Numbered from the whole stretch's first letter, positions 22,376-35,167 are shown. The stretch is DNA of 61,819 bases, filler included, from Rhabdomonas costata (GCA_019059605.1; 18 parts of 18 records of this genome joined end to end with filler, not necessarily neighbours in it), one strand, 5' to 3'. The notes: a model not told the origin generated them from the letters alone. Numbers and translations are program-made.

Positions 22376-23958
22376 GAACAACGCGTCTTTTTGGGTTTCC
22401 TGCATATCTTCCATATTTACTGAGTCAACGTTATTTACTGGGTCAAAAAAGAAGTCTAACAGAACGTTAATTGTTGGGGGGTGGGGGGCTTCGCTCCCGA
22501 CACCTTCCCCGCCCACTCAGCAGGTGCCATGCCTTTTGAAAGTTCATCGCCACCTATTCCTTCGACTAGAACACGCCCGTTAGACCATTGTCAGACGTTA
22601 AGCACGGTCTAACAACCGTGGGACATTTCATTCCATTAGATGTCCCGGTAACCCGTTAGATGACCGCCTACCATCAGTAAGACCGGCGCCCCTTCCCCCT
22701 CCGGATCCACACCGGATGCACGGGGGCTGCGGCCGAGGTTACCAAGGTGCCCATCTTCCCGTCCCCACTCGCACCCAGATAGGCACTGGGAGTGGGGTAG
22801 AGGCCCCAGCTGCCTGAGTTGGGCACAACCTCCCAGTTGCTCCCGGCCTCCACCCTGCCCAGGGGGTTGAGGTTCTGCACCGTCGTGCCGAACTGCCCCA
22901 CGGGGACCGGGCTCGGGGAAGCCGTAGTGTAGCCACTGTTGGTGTAGCTGCTGTAGCTCTGCACCGCACGGCTGGAGTCCAGCACGGCCTGGTACTTGTC
23001 TGGAATGCTGCTGGCGCTCGCCGTGGCTTGAGAGCTGCTCCAGCTCGAGGTGGTGTAGTTCTGCCCATAGCTCATGTTTCCCTGGGTGGTCGAGGGAATC
23101 CCCGTTGCAGGGATGCTGCTAACATTGCTGTAACCTTGGGTTGTGGCTTGCACGGGGCTGGGGCTGGTGTTGTACTGCCCCACGGCGCTGGTGTTGATCA
23201 TCGAGCTGGAAGCAACACTCTCAGACTGGGTGGCCGCCTCCCTTGCCAGGCGCCACTTCTCCAGAAGGCTCATCGAGCCCGTGGCCGCGGAAGTGGTCGT
23301 GGTGGTTGCCGAGGTGCTCGGCGTGGGGATGTTGCTGCTCGTCGTGGTGACAATGCCTGGGATGCCGTAGCCTCCTGCGCTGCCGTAGCTCCGCAGAATG
23401 CTCGGGCTCTCCACCGCGCCGCCGAAGTTCTGTTGGGTGGAGGTGCCCACGGTGGTGCCCGGGCGGGCCTGCCGCAGCTGCTGCTCAAACCCTGAGCCAC
23501 ACAAACATACAGAAACACCCCTTCAAGGGACCTAATGATCCGATGTGGTCCGAAGGGATTAGGAGCGCAACGATGCGGTTTGCCACACCACTGGAAAAGT
23601 TCGTGGCCACTCAGGTGAGCATTCAACGAATCATATCAAAGAGCCCACACGTGCACCGAAAAGATGCCATAAAACCCGATATGGGGACGCCCGTTCAAAT
23701 GGGGACTCAGAGATAGACCAGAAAACTTTGTGGGAACAGAAGACACAATCAGGCAATGAAGAGCTTTGGGGCTGATATCCATAAGCCGGGGACACCGGGC
23801 ACTCCTCACAAACACGCACACAAACGCACAGAAAAGACACCTGGGTTCGGGTTGGCAATCGGCCGCTTGCTGCGGACAAGCGAGAGAGCGCTGTCGTAGG
23901 TGTAGCCCTTTCGGTGGATGAGGTAGGCGATCACCATGGAGCTGCTGCGGGAGATCCC
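20963..23958 (-). CDS. Dual-specificity protein phosphatase (C-terminal part) with a long Ser/Thr-rich tail and 12-aa tandem repeats; exons 23958-23841, 23491-22743 (or to the stop at 22674), 22294-22136, 22003-21575, 21447-21374, 21300-21249, 21049-20963
   Basis: GISRSSSMVIAYLI..YDSALSLVRSKRPIANPNPG|FEQQL is the DSPc P-loop end plus the AYLM/PNxGF motifs. All downstream exons join in phase through GT-AG introns. It may instead be two genes split at 22674. Confidence 0.75.
21581..21890 (-). repeat. Coding minisatellite, ~9 x 36 bp, encoding Y(A/M)MDPSASVSRG
   Basis: Units such as GGGTCCATCGCGTAGCCCCTGCTGACCGAGGCCGAC repeat with a 36-nt period. Variation preserves the frame. Confidence 0.95.
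22307..22375. repeat. (CAA)23 microsatellite
   Basis: Direct reading. It lies just upstream (minus strand) of a candidate splice acceptor at 22295. Confidence 0.95.
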
Positions 23959-24702
23959 CTGTTGAGCAAAGTATCCACAACCCCGGAACGAGGGAGCGTG
24001 GCGCAGGGACAATCTTNNNNNNNNNNNNNNNNNNNNNNNNNNNNNNNNNNNNNNNNNNNNTTAATTAATTAANNNNNNNNNNNNNNNNNNNNNNNNNNNN
24101 NNNNNNNNNNNNNNNNTGTGGGTGTGTAGGCCAGCACTTGTGTGTGTGTGTGGCGATTTGTATGCCGTGCTCTTCAAAATAAGACCGTTGAAGGTCGTGC
24201 TCTTAACGCTGCCGGTTTCTTTGAGCGCAAATTGTGCTGTCTACACCACCAGCACCCATCCCTTCTTGCATTTTTTTTGCATCTTAGTTGGCAATTCTCT
24301 GCTTGGGCTGAATCGAGTACCCCCAGATTGATAAAACCCCGAGAGTGATTTAATAATAAACTTGGGGTACTGATCGGCGCCTTTGACTTTAATTGAGGTG
24401 ATGCCCGTCCTTACCCCTGGCACTGACCCATTTCAGCGGTTTCTCCAATCTCTCCGACTTTCTTGTGCCACACCTTCCCCCAGGCAGTCTCGGTACATTG
24501 GCAACCCGAATGCAGAACGGAAATTGTGATGCTCTTGCGGGTTTGCGAACGACCGCTCCAGTGAAACCCCAACCTGCAGCTTGACTTGATGCTTTTAATC
24601 AACGAGGTATGATATAAACATGCAAAAGAACGGCAGGGTCATTTGTCCATTGCACGGGGCAGCCACAAGGACCGTCACACCAACTCTCTTTTTTTCTCCC
24701 AG

Positions 24703-26603
24703 AATTGGTGCGGCGCGGCGTGCAACGAGTCGTGCATCATAATATGCCCGCGCAACATCTGGGGCCAGAATTGCTCCAACCTCTGCGCGGGAATGAAGAC
24801 CTCCTCAGACAAGCCCTGCAGCGGCCACGGCACCTGCGATGAGGTGTGGTCTCCTTCCTAGCACGGGTCTGCTCTCTAGTGCGGGAGGGGAGAAACCGGA
24901 AGAAACAGGGTCCGGGTTCAAGTTGCTCATAGAGCCTTGGTTCCACCCAGCCCTATGCTTTGCAGGCGGGACAGTTGACAACGATATGCATCCTAAATCC
25001 TTTGCGTAATGCAGGCTGTATTGGAGCCGTTAAGGAAGGGCGCGCGGTCAAAAATGCACCTCGACTTCCAGTAGGGAGAAAGGGAAGAGTCCGTGTTGCA
25101 TCATCTAATTTCCGCCTCTCTCTCCCTATGTACCTCTCTTGTATGTGTGGTGGTGTACAGGGTAGTAGCGGCACGGGGACCTGCCTTTGCAGCACGGGGT
25201 TCGTCGGTTCTGACTGCTCGCTGCAGTGTCCAGTGGACCCGGCGACCAACATGACCTGCTGGGGTCACGGCAGCTGCGACCAGATCACCGCAAGTTGCAC
25301 CTGTCAGGCCAACTACTATGGTGCGTGGTGCACGGGTGGGACAGACCAACCTGGAATGATCGTAACACCAGTCCCTGAATTTCCATCAGGCGGGGGAGGC
25401 TGCCATTGGTCTTGTTCTGCGGATAATGTGTTCCTTGCAACTGTCCAAAGAAGGGTCAGCAGCTCTGAGAAGAAAGACGGCCACCCGCCCGTTGGGAACC
25501 CGTGTCCGTTGCACTCATGTTTTCCTTTTTGCTTAGTATGGTTTTCCAAGTTCAGTTGGTGCACATCGGAAATTGCTGAAGGTTGCTGAGCTGACTGTCT
25601 GGTGAACGTAGTGGACCCAGTGAACAGCATGTTCATGAGCATTGGAAATGAGTGACCATGTCATGTGTCTGTCATTGATTGGTGCAAAGATATGGCCCGC
25701 GTCATCTCAAAAGGAAGAGTTAGGAATATATACACAAAGAACACCGAAACGCCTCCAGGAAAATACCAGCTCTTTCTTAGCTTCGAAGTCCGAGAGTGCT
25801 TCAAGAGTGAATTTCAGAGTGAATTTTTCGGTTGTGAATTTTGAGGTGTCACAGACAGCATAATATCATTGGCATAATTTTTGATACATGCATACGTTGT
25901 ATGCGTATGAGTATGATGATAGCGCAGGCCCCGTCCGCGATGCAGCAGCCTCCGCACACCGTGTTCGGCAAGAACACACTGTGCTCGGGCGTTCTTCCAC
26001 GCACACATCCTTGCGATAGTTGCACACCTGCAGGCCTTATGTGTGCGCGCAACCCAACTTCTCGGGCACCGACATATTATTCGTTCCGTTTGGAGAGAGT
26101 TATTTGACGCTTTGTGAGTGCTGGTACTCGAGTCAGAGAGTGCGTGCTTCTTCGGTTTTTAACGGGGCGGACACCGGTCACTCTTATTCCTTCAGTCGCA
26201 ATGTTTTTCGTGAGGAAGTTCGTGGCCCTCTCTACGCCGTTGGGCAGGCATTTTTCCCGCTGCCCTGTTTTTCTTCAGGCTTTGGGTTGCAGTGCGTGTG
26301 CCAGGACAACTGGTTTGGGCCGTACTGCTCCCAGGAGTGCCCCTATACCGTCGCTGCTGGCGCGACAAAGTCCTACTGCAATGGCCAGGGCTTCTGCGAC
26401 GACGGCGCCTCAGGTAGGAGGGCTACTCTGGGAGCAAGAAGGGTGGACCGTTCCGCAGAAGGGTCCACCAAATGGGGGAGGGGGACTGTGTGGCTGTTTG
26501 TGAGGGAGAGGGAGGGAGAGGAGCTGGTTGTGAGGCTTCTTCCTGCTGAGTCCTGGCAAGCCGATCGCGCAAAGTGATGCCGGACGAAGAAGAAGAAGAA
26601 GAA

Positions 26604-26636
<33 letters not shown>

Positions 26637-27437
26637 GCCTCCCCCGTGGTGCACGACAGGGTTGTGGCGGTAAGGGGTGGGTCCATGAGCATCACCATCA
26701 CCACCATGAACGGCATCCGGAAGAAACACAACGAAAACGCAAAGAAGAAGAAGAAGAAGAAGGGGCATTTCTTCGAACTCATTCATATGCTGCAGGATGT
26801 GGGGTGTCTTGCACCACTCCCTGCGTGCACGATCTCTCGGGAGCGGCTGCGGATGCATGGACTTGTGAACTCCCTCTCTACAGGAAGCGGTAAATGTTCA
26901 TGCAACCCGACCTACTACACCCGGTGGTGCAACGTCACCTGCATCGTGCAGGACTGCCAGGATGCCGCTCAGCAGGGCCAATGGATGTGCTCGGTGTGTA
27001 TGTCTGTGTGGGTCTGGGTCTGGGTGCAATTGTGTGTGACCAAACTGTCGCCTAAGTGTTTGGGATATATGTCTTGAAATTTTTTCAATCCATCCTTCCT
27101 TCCGTGTAGTGAACGAAGTAAAGCTGAAGCTGACTGGATCCACCTGTGATCATAAATTCTTATGTTTAGCGAGACGCCCACCGTTCGTGACCCTCACCCG
27201 TCCTTGTCTTTTCCTTCCTCTTTTTCTCTTCAGACCGAGGGCACGTGCGTGTGCCTGCACAGCGCGGATGAGGTGGGGATCCAAGGTGGCGTCGCCATCT
27301 CCGGGTTCTACAAGGGCTCAAAGTGCGACCAGTGTGACCCCGTATACTGGGGAGAGCACTGCGAAGTGGCCTGCGCGTGTAACAACCACGGGACGTGCAC
27401 TCAGACCGATGGCTCGTGCGTTTGCTTCGCGGACTCG
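24703..27437 (+). CDS. Multi-EGF / laminin-EGF-like cysteine-rich surface protein, internal exons (24703-24843, 25161-25335, ~26299-26412, ~26884-26993, ~27234-27437)
   Basis: Repeated CSGHGTC, GTCLCSTGFVGSDC, CWGHGSC..CTCQANYYGAWC, CVCQDNWFGPYC, CNGQGFC and CNNHGTC motifs, each bounded by AG/GT. Confidence 0.85.
26585..26635. repeat. Compound (GAA)n(GAT)n microsatellite in an intron
   Basis: Direct reading. It lies between EGF exons. Confidence 0.9.
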
Positions 27438-28175
27438 GTTTGGCCCCACATCCCCCCCCCCCCCANNNNNNNNNNNNNNNNNNNNNNNNNNNNNNNNNNN
27501 NNNNNNNNNTTAATTAATTAANNNNNNNNNNNNNNNNNNNNNNNNNNNNNNNNNNNNNNNNNNNNGGGTTTGGGTAGCGTTACGTTGCCCTTGGCCTCTG
27601 GCGGCCCAAGTGGTAGCGTAATTCTTTCTAGGTCACTGGCCTCTCCGCTCACCTCTTACTGTTGTTTTGTGTTCATACAACACGTTTTTTACCCGTCAGG
27701 TGTCCTAATAATGTCGAAAATGTAGAAACGGCAAAATACCTTGACTCACCGTGGTACAACGTTGTTATTGTCATGGTAAAAGTTTGAAATCGCTTCCTAT
27801 CGATGCCCTTTTGTCGATCCTTTATCAAGTTGTTGAAACTGAGTTTTTGAGTCTTTGGAGGACTTGTGGGAAAGCCTTTATTCAGATCAGTTTACTTGGT
27901 GGTTAGGGTGGTTGATTTGAGCACGCTTATTTCACGGACTCTCTGTGAAAACATGATAAAAAGTCTGAAAACATCCTTTTCTGGTGAGCCATGGGGAAAT
28001 CGACGTGCACCCACCTCTGTATTGCATTTATTTTTGTACTGTTTTTGATTTCACTGGGGAATGTGGACATCCAGTCACCCACTGCAGCTGCCACAGGAAA
28101 CAGAGTCGCGCAGAAGCACCTCCGTTCCCTTGCTTTTGTCTCTGTATTCTCCCGTTCCTGTGTCTGTTTTGGCAG

Positions 28176-28373
28176 AGCTCAAGCTTTCCTGAGTCCCCGC
28201 ACTCCCCAGGAGCTGCCGTGAGCGAGAGACCTGGGCCGGACCCATCGCCGTCAGCCTCGCACGAGGAGCTCAGCACTCATGTTTCCACCGCTGTGCTGCA
28301 GGGTTTGGTCGCCGCTGTGGGCTCTCTGCTGGGCTGCATTCTGCTGGTGATCCGCTGGAGGCTCCGTGGCTGA
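28176..28373 (+). CDS. Terminal exon of an unknown protein with a C-terminal transmembrane anchor
   Basis: After a TTTGGCAG acceptor: S/P-rich linker, then AVLQGLVAAVGSLLGCILLVI-RWRLRG*. Confidence 0.45.
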   Translation, partial: SSSFPESPHSPGAAVSERPGPDPSPSASHEELSTHVSTAVLQGLVAAVGSLLGCILLVIRWRLRG

Positions 28374-31005
28374 GAGTCGGCTCCTGTCACTCGGGAAATA
28401 CCTATTTACGCGCGCGCCCGTGTGAGTGTTTGTTTGTGGATATCGGGTGTCACGTGGGGTTAGCCCTGCATGACAGGAGATAGGGACAAGGCACCGGGAC
28501 CGTCAAGGGTGTGAAGCCCGATGGGCCCATGCCCCATCGAAAGGTGGGACCCCAGGGGGTAAGTGGACCTCGAGTCCTCCCCAGAAAAAAATTTAGCCTT
28601 GCCTTGGGTAAAAGGTGTGTGTGACTGAGCGGATGGTTCTGGTGGTTTTTGTCAGCGGTGTGCGCGTGGGTGCGTGGGTCTTCTCCCTGGTTCTTGCTTC
28701 TTTAACAATTCTGTTCGGTGGTTTCTGCTCATTCGTGTGGACAAAGGTACCGAAACCCCTCACTTGTTTGTGATTTATCGTTGCCTGCTGTGACATTCAT
28801 CTCAGTTTCTTTGTGGCCATTTTGACTCGCGGATGGGTCGTATGGAGACATTCCAGGAGGCAAGATGTGAGAGAGTGCACGACACTCGGAAAAGGAAGCT
28901 GAGTGCTATGTATTCTATTTTTCCACGTGTTTATAAATTCTTGTGTTTCTAAACATGTACGGTTCCTGGGTGGAGATGCCTTAATGAATGTAGATGCCTC
29001 GTCTGTCACCGATGTGCATGGCTGCAGAGTGTGAAGGTTTCCCTTGGTACCACCTTTGCAATTTCCACTCTCCAGAGGAATGTTCATCTTTCTCTGCACC
29101 AGATCCTGCACCAGTATGTTTGGCCATCCTGTAACATGCTTGCGCTGTGGCGGGCTTCTTCATTTGCTTCTTGTCCTGATCGTTGGGACCCCTCTCGGGG
29201 TGCCCTCTTGCCTTGCGGAGCAAGCCAAGGAGTCTGGCGAATCTCCTGCTGCAGCTTCCTTTCGGATGCTATGGGGGCTACCTTCCTTTGACCCAAGGTT
29301 TAGTCTCGCCGGCAGAGAAGGCGGTGCTGGTGCTGCTTTGCTCGCACATTCTGGCACCAACAGGATGTTTTTTTTTGGGGAAATGATAGTGCCTATCCAT
29401 TTTTAAGGTTGTTTTTTATGGTTGTCCATTTTAAAGTGGGTCCACCTGTGGAATCCAGAGAGTTGTGTTTATGAGTAACGTAACATAGGGTTGAAGTTAC
29501 TGCTTCAACTATGACAATAAGTCGGATTTCTTGAATTTGTGTGGGTGGCTGAGCAGATAGTAGCCTCCCTTAATCCAGATTGGTTCCAGAGCTGTCGAAA
29601 AATGTAAAAGTGGCTTTGGAGCACTTCTCATGCCCTCATTTGGATCCGTCGTCGAAAGCTACGATCATCTCTGAAGCTCTATAGGTGCGTGGCAGAGCTC
29701 AGGGCCAAGCCTCCCGCTCTGCAGCCTCTTTGAAGCACACGGGCTGTCTCCTTCGGCGGCTGCCCTGGAGGCTGCCTTTGACTCAGTAATTGTGGGCAAC
29801 CCTTACCGTGTTTCGCGACCTCTGCTACTCGCTCTGAGAGAGGTCTTCCTCAGCGCCTCGGGGCTGTGGGCCGTTGTCCGTGCACTCCCGCGCAACCACC
29901 GGGTGGCATTTGGGGCGAGCGAGGCCTTGGTGCTCCCCACCAGAATCCTTAGCCGGGCCTTCGCTCCCCATATTCGGGCCCAGGTACCGTGCTTCGTTGC
30001 GTGCTGGGCTCTCGCTGAATTCCCAACCTGATCACCTTGGACCATTGGTCGATGACTTGGAAGCGCCACTTGCGATCCTCGTGATTTCATGGTGACGTGT
30101 TCAGCACGGGTTCATCTTTGAATACGAGTGTGACCATTTCTATGTGGTGTTATTTCAGAATCTTGCGTAATTTTAGCTGTTCTCGCTCTACAGATGATTA
30201 GATGTGAGACCTTAAAACGCGGGTCGATATGATCGTGAATCGTACCCCCATCTCTCCTACCCAGGTGCTCTCCCAAGGCGCCGCCTTTGTCTCGCCGCCG
30301 ACCGTGCTTAGTGCAGCGGTGAGGATCGCGCGGGCTTTTGCAGTGGTTTCTGCTGAGGTCTCTCCACTGCCTCGGACGAACCACACCTGTGAGCATGTGC
30401 TGTTCAGTGGCTTCGAGGCCAACGCCTCCCTTCAGGTATTATACCCCAGTGATCAATCTCGACGGTGATGCTTTGATTTAATTGGCCGAGTCTTTCTCCT
30501 AATGCTGGTTGATTGAATTGCCTCGAGCTACGCGTCCTCCAAAGTTTCTGCCGTTGTGCAGTTTGACTGCACCTCCTTTTTCGATTTTCTTTCGCCGATA
30601 AACCCTCCGCTGTGTGGGGGCAAGTGGCAGAAAAGAACGAAAAACTGAGCCGCCAGAGTTGAAAGGACCCGCTGCGCAGCGTTTAGAGAGGCTTGCTGCA
30701 GGTATGATGGTCATCAATGGACGCGGTTATCGAATTGTTGTTGGATCTCGCCGGCTATTCTGATTGGCGCTCCTGCTCCAGCCCGGTACACTTTGAATTA
30801 AGGTATTAGGAGCGAACTGGATGCGATAACCACACACAAGGAGGAGGGGGAGTTAGGTCGGCGGAGCCATTCATAATGTTATTTCCACTGATTCCCACCC
30901 CACCCNNNNNNNNNNNNNNNNNNNNNNNNNNNNNNNNNNNNNNNNNNNNTTAATTAATTAANNNNNNNNNNNNNNNNNNNNNNNNNNNNNNNNNNNNNNN
31001 NNNNN

Positions 31006-32140
31006 GTGGTGTTGCTGACAACACAATCGTGGCCAATGAGCGCCGTGGTTCTTGGAGTAGTGCCGCTTGGTTGGGGTGTCCGCTGCTAGTTTTTTCAGCA
31101 CTTCAGCCGCGGAGTGTACTTCCTAGGTGTGGTTGTTGTACAGTTTTGGTTTGGCTTCTCCAGGTTCTCCAGTGTGTTCCATGTTGGTGGTTAATTGTGT
31201 TGACTGACCGTGGTAGTGCCGTGGTTCCATGTTGGTGGTTAATTGTGTTGACTGACCGTGGTAGTGCCGTGGAGAGGTGTTTGTCTACGGTCATAGCTAC
31301 TGGTGCGATGTTGTCTTTGGGCAAGCTTGAGGTAAGTTTTGGGTGTGTGAGACTTCTCGTGTTTGTTCAGGAGGACGTGTGGTAGGGTGCTTCTGTGGTT
31401 GGTGCTCCTGGTAGGCGCTGCTTCTTTGGTCATGTTTGGTATGGTGCGTGCTTTTGAAATGAATTGATTTGTGTATGTGGTGGTGCGATCGGGTTTTAGT
31501 GTTCTTCTGTGGTTTATGGTGTCCAGTGTGGGTTGTAAATGGCTGGTGATTGCTGTTGTAGTTGTGCTTTTTGTAAGTGTGTTATTGGCACGTGGTGTGC
31601 TTGTGTTGTTGGACGCCCTGAATGTTGTTGAATGTGCTTTCTTAGATTTGATGTGTTCGTATGTGTCATTTGTGGCATTGAATGTTTTGATGACGTCTGA
31701 TGGTTGGGTGATTTGTGTTCCTGTGCTATGGTTTCTGCTGCTGTTATGGTAGCCTTGTGTCTGGGGTCTTCTGGAGTCGTATTTTGTGCTATGGTTGGTA
31801 GGTGGCTGCGTCTTTCTGTGTTTTGGTGTCGCTCTTGGTGTGTTGTGGCGCTCAGGTGGTTGGTATATAGTCCGTTGTATTTGCGTCTATGTCTCTGATA
31901 TGTTGAGACTCTGGCGTTGGAGACAGTAGGTAGTAGTGGTGGGCACTTTGGTTGTGGCAATTGCGTTGGTGGGTGGAGCGGTCTGTGTATAAGTGTGTGT
32001 TGTGGTTCTGTTGGTTGAGTGGATATTGATAATGCTGGTGCTGATGCTGGGACTGTTGATTGGATGTTCTGGGTCTGCAGTGTGCGCTGGTTTGGTTTTA
32101 GGTTGTATGTTAGTACTGAATACTACTTCTTGATAGTATA
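31006..32140. mobile_element. Strongly G/T-skewed degenerate sequence, possible decayed retroelement
   Basis: Plus strand is very G+T-rich (minus strand A+C-rich) with broken T/H/Q/P-rich frames. No diagnostic RT or endonuclease motif was confirmed. A similar skew occurs at ~50930-51300. Confidence 0.25.
31176..31271. repeat. Perfect 48-bp tandem duplication
   Basis: GTTCCATGTTGGTGGTTAATTGTGTTGACTGACCGTGGTAGTGCCGTG at 31176-31223 and 31224-31271. Confidence 0.95.
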
Positions 32141-35100
32141 TATGGAGACGTGTGTGACAAATGGTCGCGCTGGACGTCCTACAGCAACTGTCCGGTAGAT
32201 TTAAAAGGTAGAAAATGGAGATCCTTCGCCAGAATCTCGGCGCTTCAAAAACAACAATAAATTCGTGCACAAGGCGTCACCTGTGTGGAGTACAGAGCTC
32301 TTCCGTAGAAATAATTCCCTCCAACCGTGAATGGCTTTACCTGGCCATTTCTATAACTGCCGTGGCGCTTTGCTTTTCTTATTATGCGCACAGTGTTGGC
32401 GCTTACGTTTTTTTGTCTTTATGTTTGTGTTTTAAATTCCTGCTTGTGCCAAAATGATCTATGGAGCAGTGGAATCACGTGGCAAAGTACAAAATAAATT
32501 GTTTTTGATTTTATATTTTGTTGGCACTAATTTTATTGCTAATAGTTTTTGTTCCACCCATTACCAAACACCATTATGCTGTGTGCCGTTATCCAGCCTA
32601 TGTCGCCCCGGGTATGCCATGCCATATTTGTTAGTGTGCGTGTAATTGAAGCTAATGCGTCTATATAAAGTCCTCGGAAGAGGCGTAAACACCTGTTTTC
32701 CAGGCAATGCTTCAAAACCAATTAAGAAACCGATGTGCAGGCATGGCGTCGTTCCACAAGACTCCGCGTGATATGTGAGAAGCGTCGAGCGCCAAGCTGT
32801 CCACTTTATTGTTGGTTTTTCACTAAAACATTGCAGTTGCTACATCCACAGTCTCACCTACAATATCTGCTATTAGCATCTTGTTTTAAAGTGGGCATGT
32901 ACACTCTTCTGTCTCCTGATTAGTAATTGAACCTTTCGCCTTTCCACTACCTCTTTTCAAAACTTTATACATCTGATTGCATTATGGTCTCTTCATGTAG
33001 CCAGAGTTAATTAATAAAGTTAAAAAATCTTGGGAGGTGTTCAGAAACGTCATACCACAGTCTCAGGTTAATGTAGCAGTGCCAGATTTAGTCACATTTA
33101 GATGTGGAAGAGGATTGATAACAGAAACTTCTAAGATGCACTTTGACACAATACAGTTTGGATACAAACTATCTTCGTGGAGTGCGAAGTTATTGAAGGA
33201 CAGTTTCAAATTTGTGGCAAGGAGTGTATGCAAACTGCGTTTAAAAAGTTTCAGAAAACTCTTCTACTGGAAATAAAAATTCTCTATTCTCGTTTTAGTA
33301 GGCACCGGTTTTGATGAAGATTGTCCACGCAATATGATTTAGTCGCAATTTGATTTAACCACATTAAATACGGAGATAAATTCAACAAACACTATAGATG
33401 TGTAACATGCAGAAATGAAATAGATGCGCTCAACTCTTGAAATAAAAGCAAAAGGCTAAGAATCACAAAGCCGCAATGAGGTTGGTGGTATTCTGCTGGG
33501 CAACGTTAGGTTGTGGCACGTATGCTGCATTAGAGCAAAAGTTTTCATCTGTTGGCTTAATGCGGTAAGAAAGTGGTTGGTTAGAGTCACACAGGAAGAC
33601 GTATCACATAATCTATTTGATCTATAGAGTAAGACACAGTAGCAGTGTTTGTTTCGTACGTTCTCAGATAGAACAACGAAATGTAGAAGCGGCTGAACGT
33701 GTTGAAGTTTGGCTGCATAAATACACAGACATTGACGTACAGAGTAATCGCGGATGTGCCAACGTTCATGGTTAATTGCATTTGTGTATTTATTAAAGGC
33801 CTATACATGCAATCACTTTGACAGAATCTATCGTTTTCCAATGACAAACGACTGGCAAACAAAAGTTGTTTTCTAACCTAGATATACGTTCTTGTTTTCA
33901 TCTTACCAGAATAAACTTTAATGACGTGTAGCTCATTACAGTTTAAAGTTATGAATAGTATCGTAGTAGAGCACCGCATACCACATACGTCATTAGCGAA
34001 CGGTAGAAAAAGTTGAATTGAGCGGCAGAGATGTGAGCAAAAGTTAAGATGATTCAAAGAAATAATCGAGAAAACTTTCAGAAGAGCAACATGCAGCTAT
34101 AGATTTAATAAAATTAGCTTACGTGCGGACAGTAAAATAAGCAAATCAATGACTGTCAGGTAATTTATTAATAATTTAATAACAACTTGCGGATTGTCTA
34201 AAGTGACAGAGCAACATGTTAAATTGAAAAGCGCCATTTTGAATAAAGTAGAGTACATATGGTAGGAAAATCATCATGTAATATTTTTTCATACTACCTG
34301 TTAAAGTCTTTCACATTTAAATGAAATTGTAATTCCAACCCAACNNNNNNNNNNNNNNNNNNNNNNNNNNNNNNNNNNNNNNNNNNNNTTAATTAATTAA
34401 NNNNNNNNNNNNNNNNNNNNNNNNNNNNNNNNNNNNNNNNNNNNGTCCGCAGGGCATGTCAAAACGAGAAAACAGAAGAGCAGACCAGTGAGTGGGTGGG
34501 TGAGAGGCAGCCTAGGGGCAGGGTGTGGGGGGGGGCAGTGCATATGCAAGCACACACCCACATTAATGCCGCATTCTTTGGGCAGAGCGAAGGTGATCAG
34601 GGCACAGCAACGTGACAGGTTGTTAGAAAGAGGCAAAGACAACAGAGCAGCGGGCAGGCGGGGCATAAAAGAACAGGTTGAGGTTGAGATTGGGAGGAAT
34701 TCTTTTCACTCGCGTTGCTGAAGGAGTTGAAGCTTTTTCCTCGTGAATGGGATACTAATTACCTGTCCATATGGACGCCCGCTGTGAACATTCGATGAAA
34801 AAAGCAGCCAGGGATGAGCGAGGGCAGGGGTTTATAACCGAAGTGATAAATAAAAAGCAGGGGGAACAGGACTTGAGCACGAAAACAAACAAAAAAAAAC
34901 TAAGAATCACCACTGTGACAAAAACATTTTTGGAATGCATGGGGGGTGGGCAAAGGTTCCGGGCCACCCCCCGCCACAGTCGCACATAAACAAGCGGGAT
35001 CACACAAACAGAGCGAAAAAATGAGTGGTGGGTTGGGCTGCCTCCTCACCCGTATTGTGTTGGATGCTGCTGAACATGAGCTCTGGTTTTCCCTCGGCAC

Positions 35101-35167
35101 CTGAAGCAAAACCTCAGCTCAAAAACCCATCCATAAGGGCTGCCGAGTTTCGTGTGTGGGTAGATGT

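Noticed and set aside
22258-22516. Poly-Thr and poly-Leu ORFs
   Set aside because: They are translations of the (CAA)n microsatellite.
26373-27077. Poly-Asp/Glu, poly-Ser and poly-Ile ORFs
   Set aside because: They come from intronic trinucleotide microsatellites within the EGF gene.
32200-34344. Mitochondrial DNA or an alternative genetic code
   Set aside because: The frames I read are broken by different stop codons, and no respiratory-chain or rRNA motif was seen.
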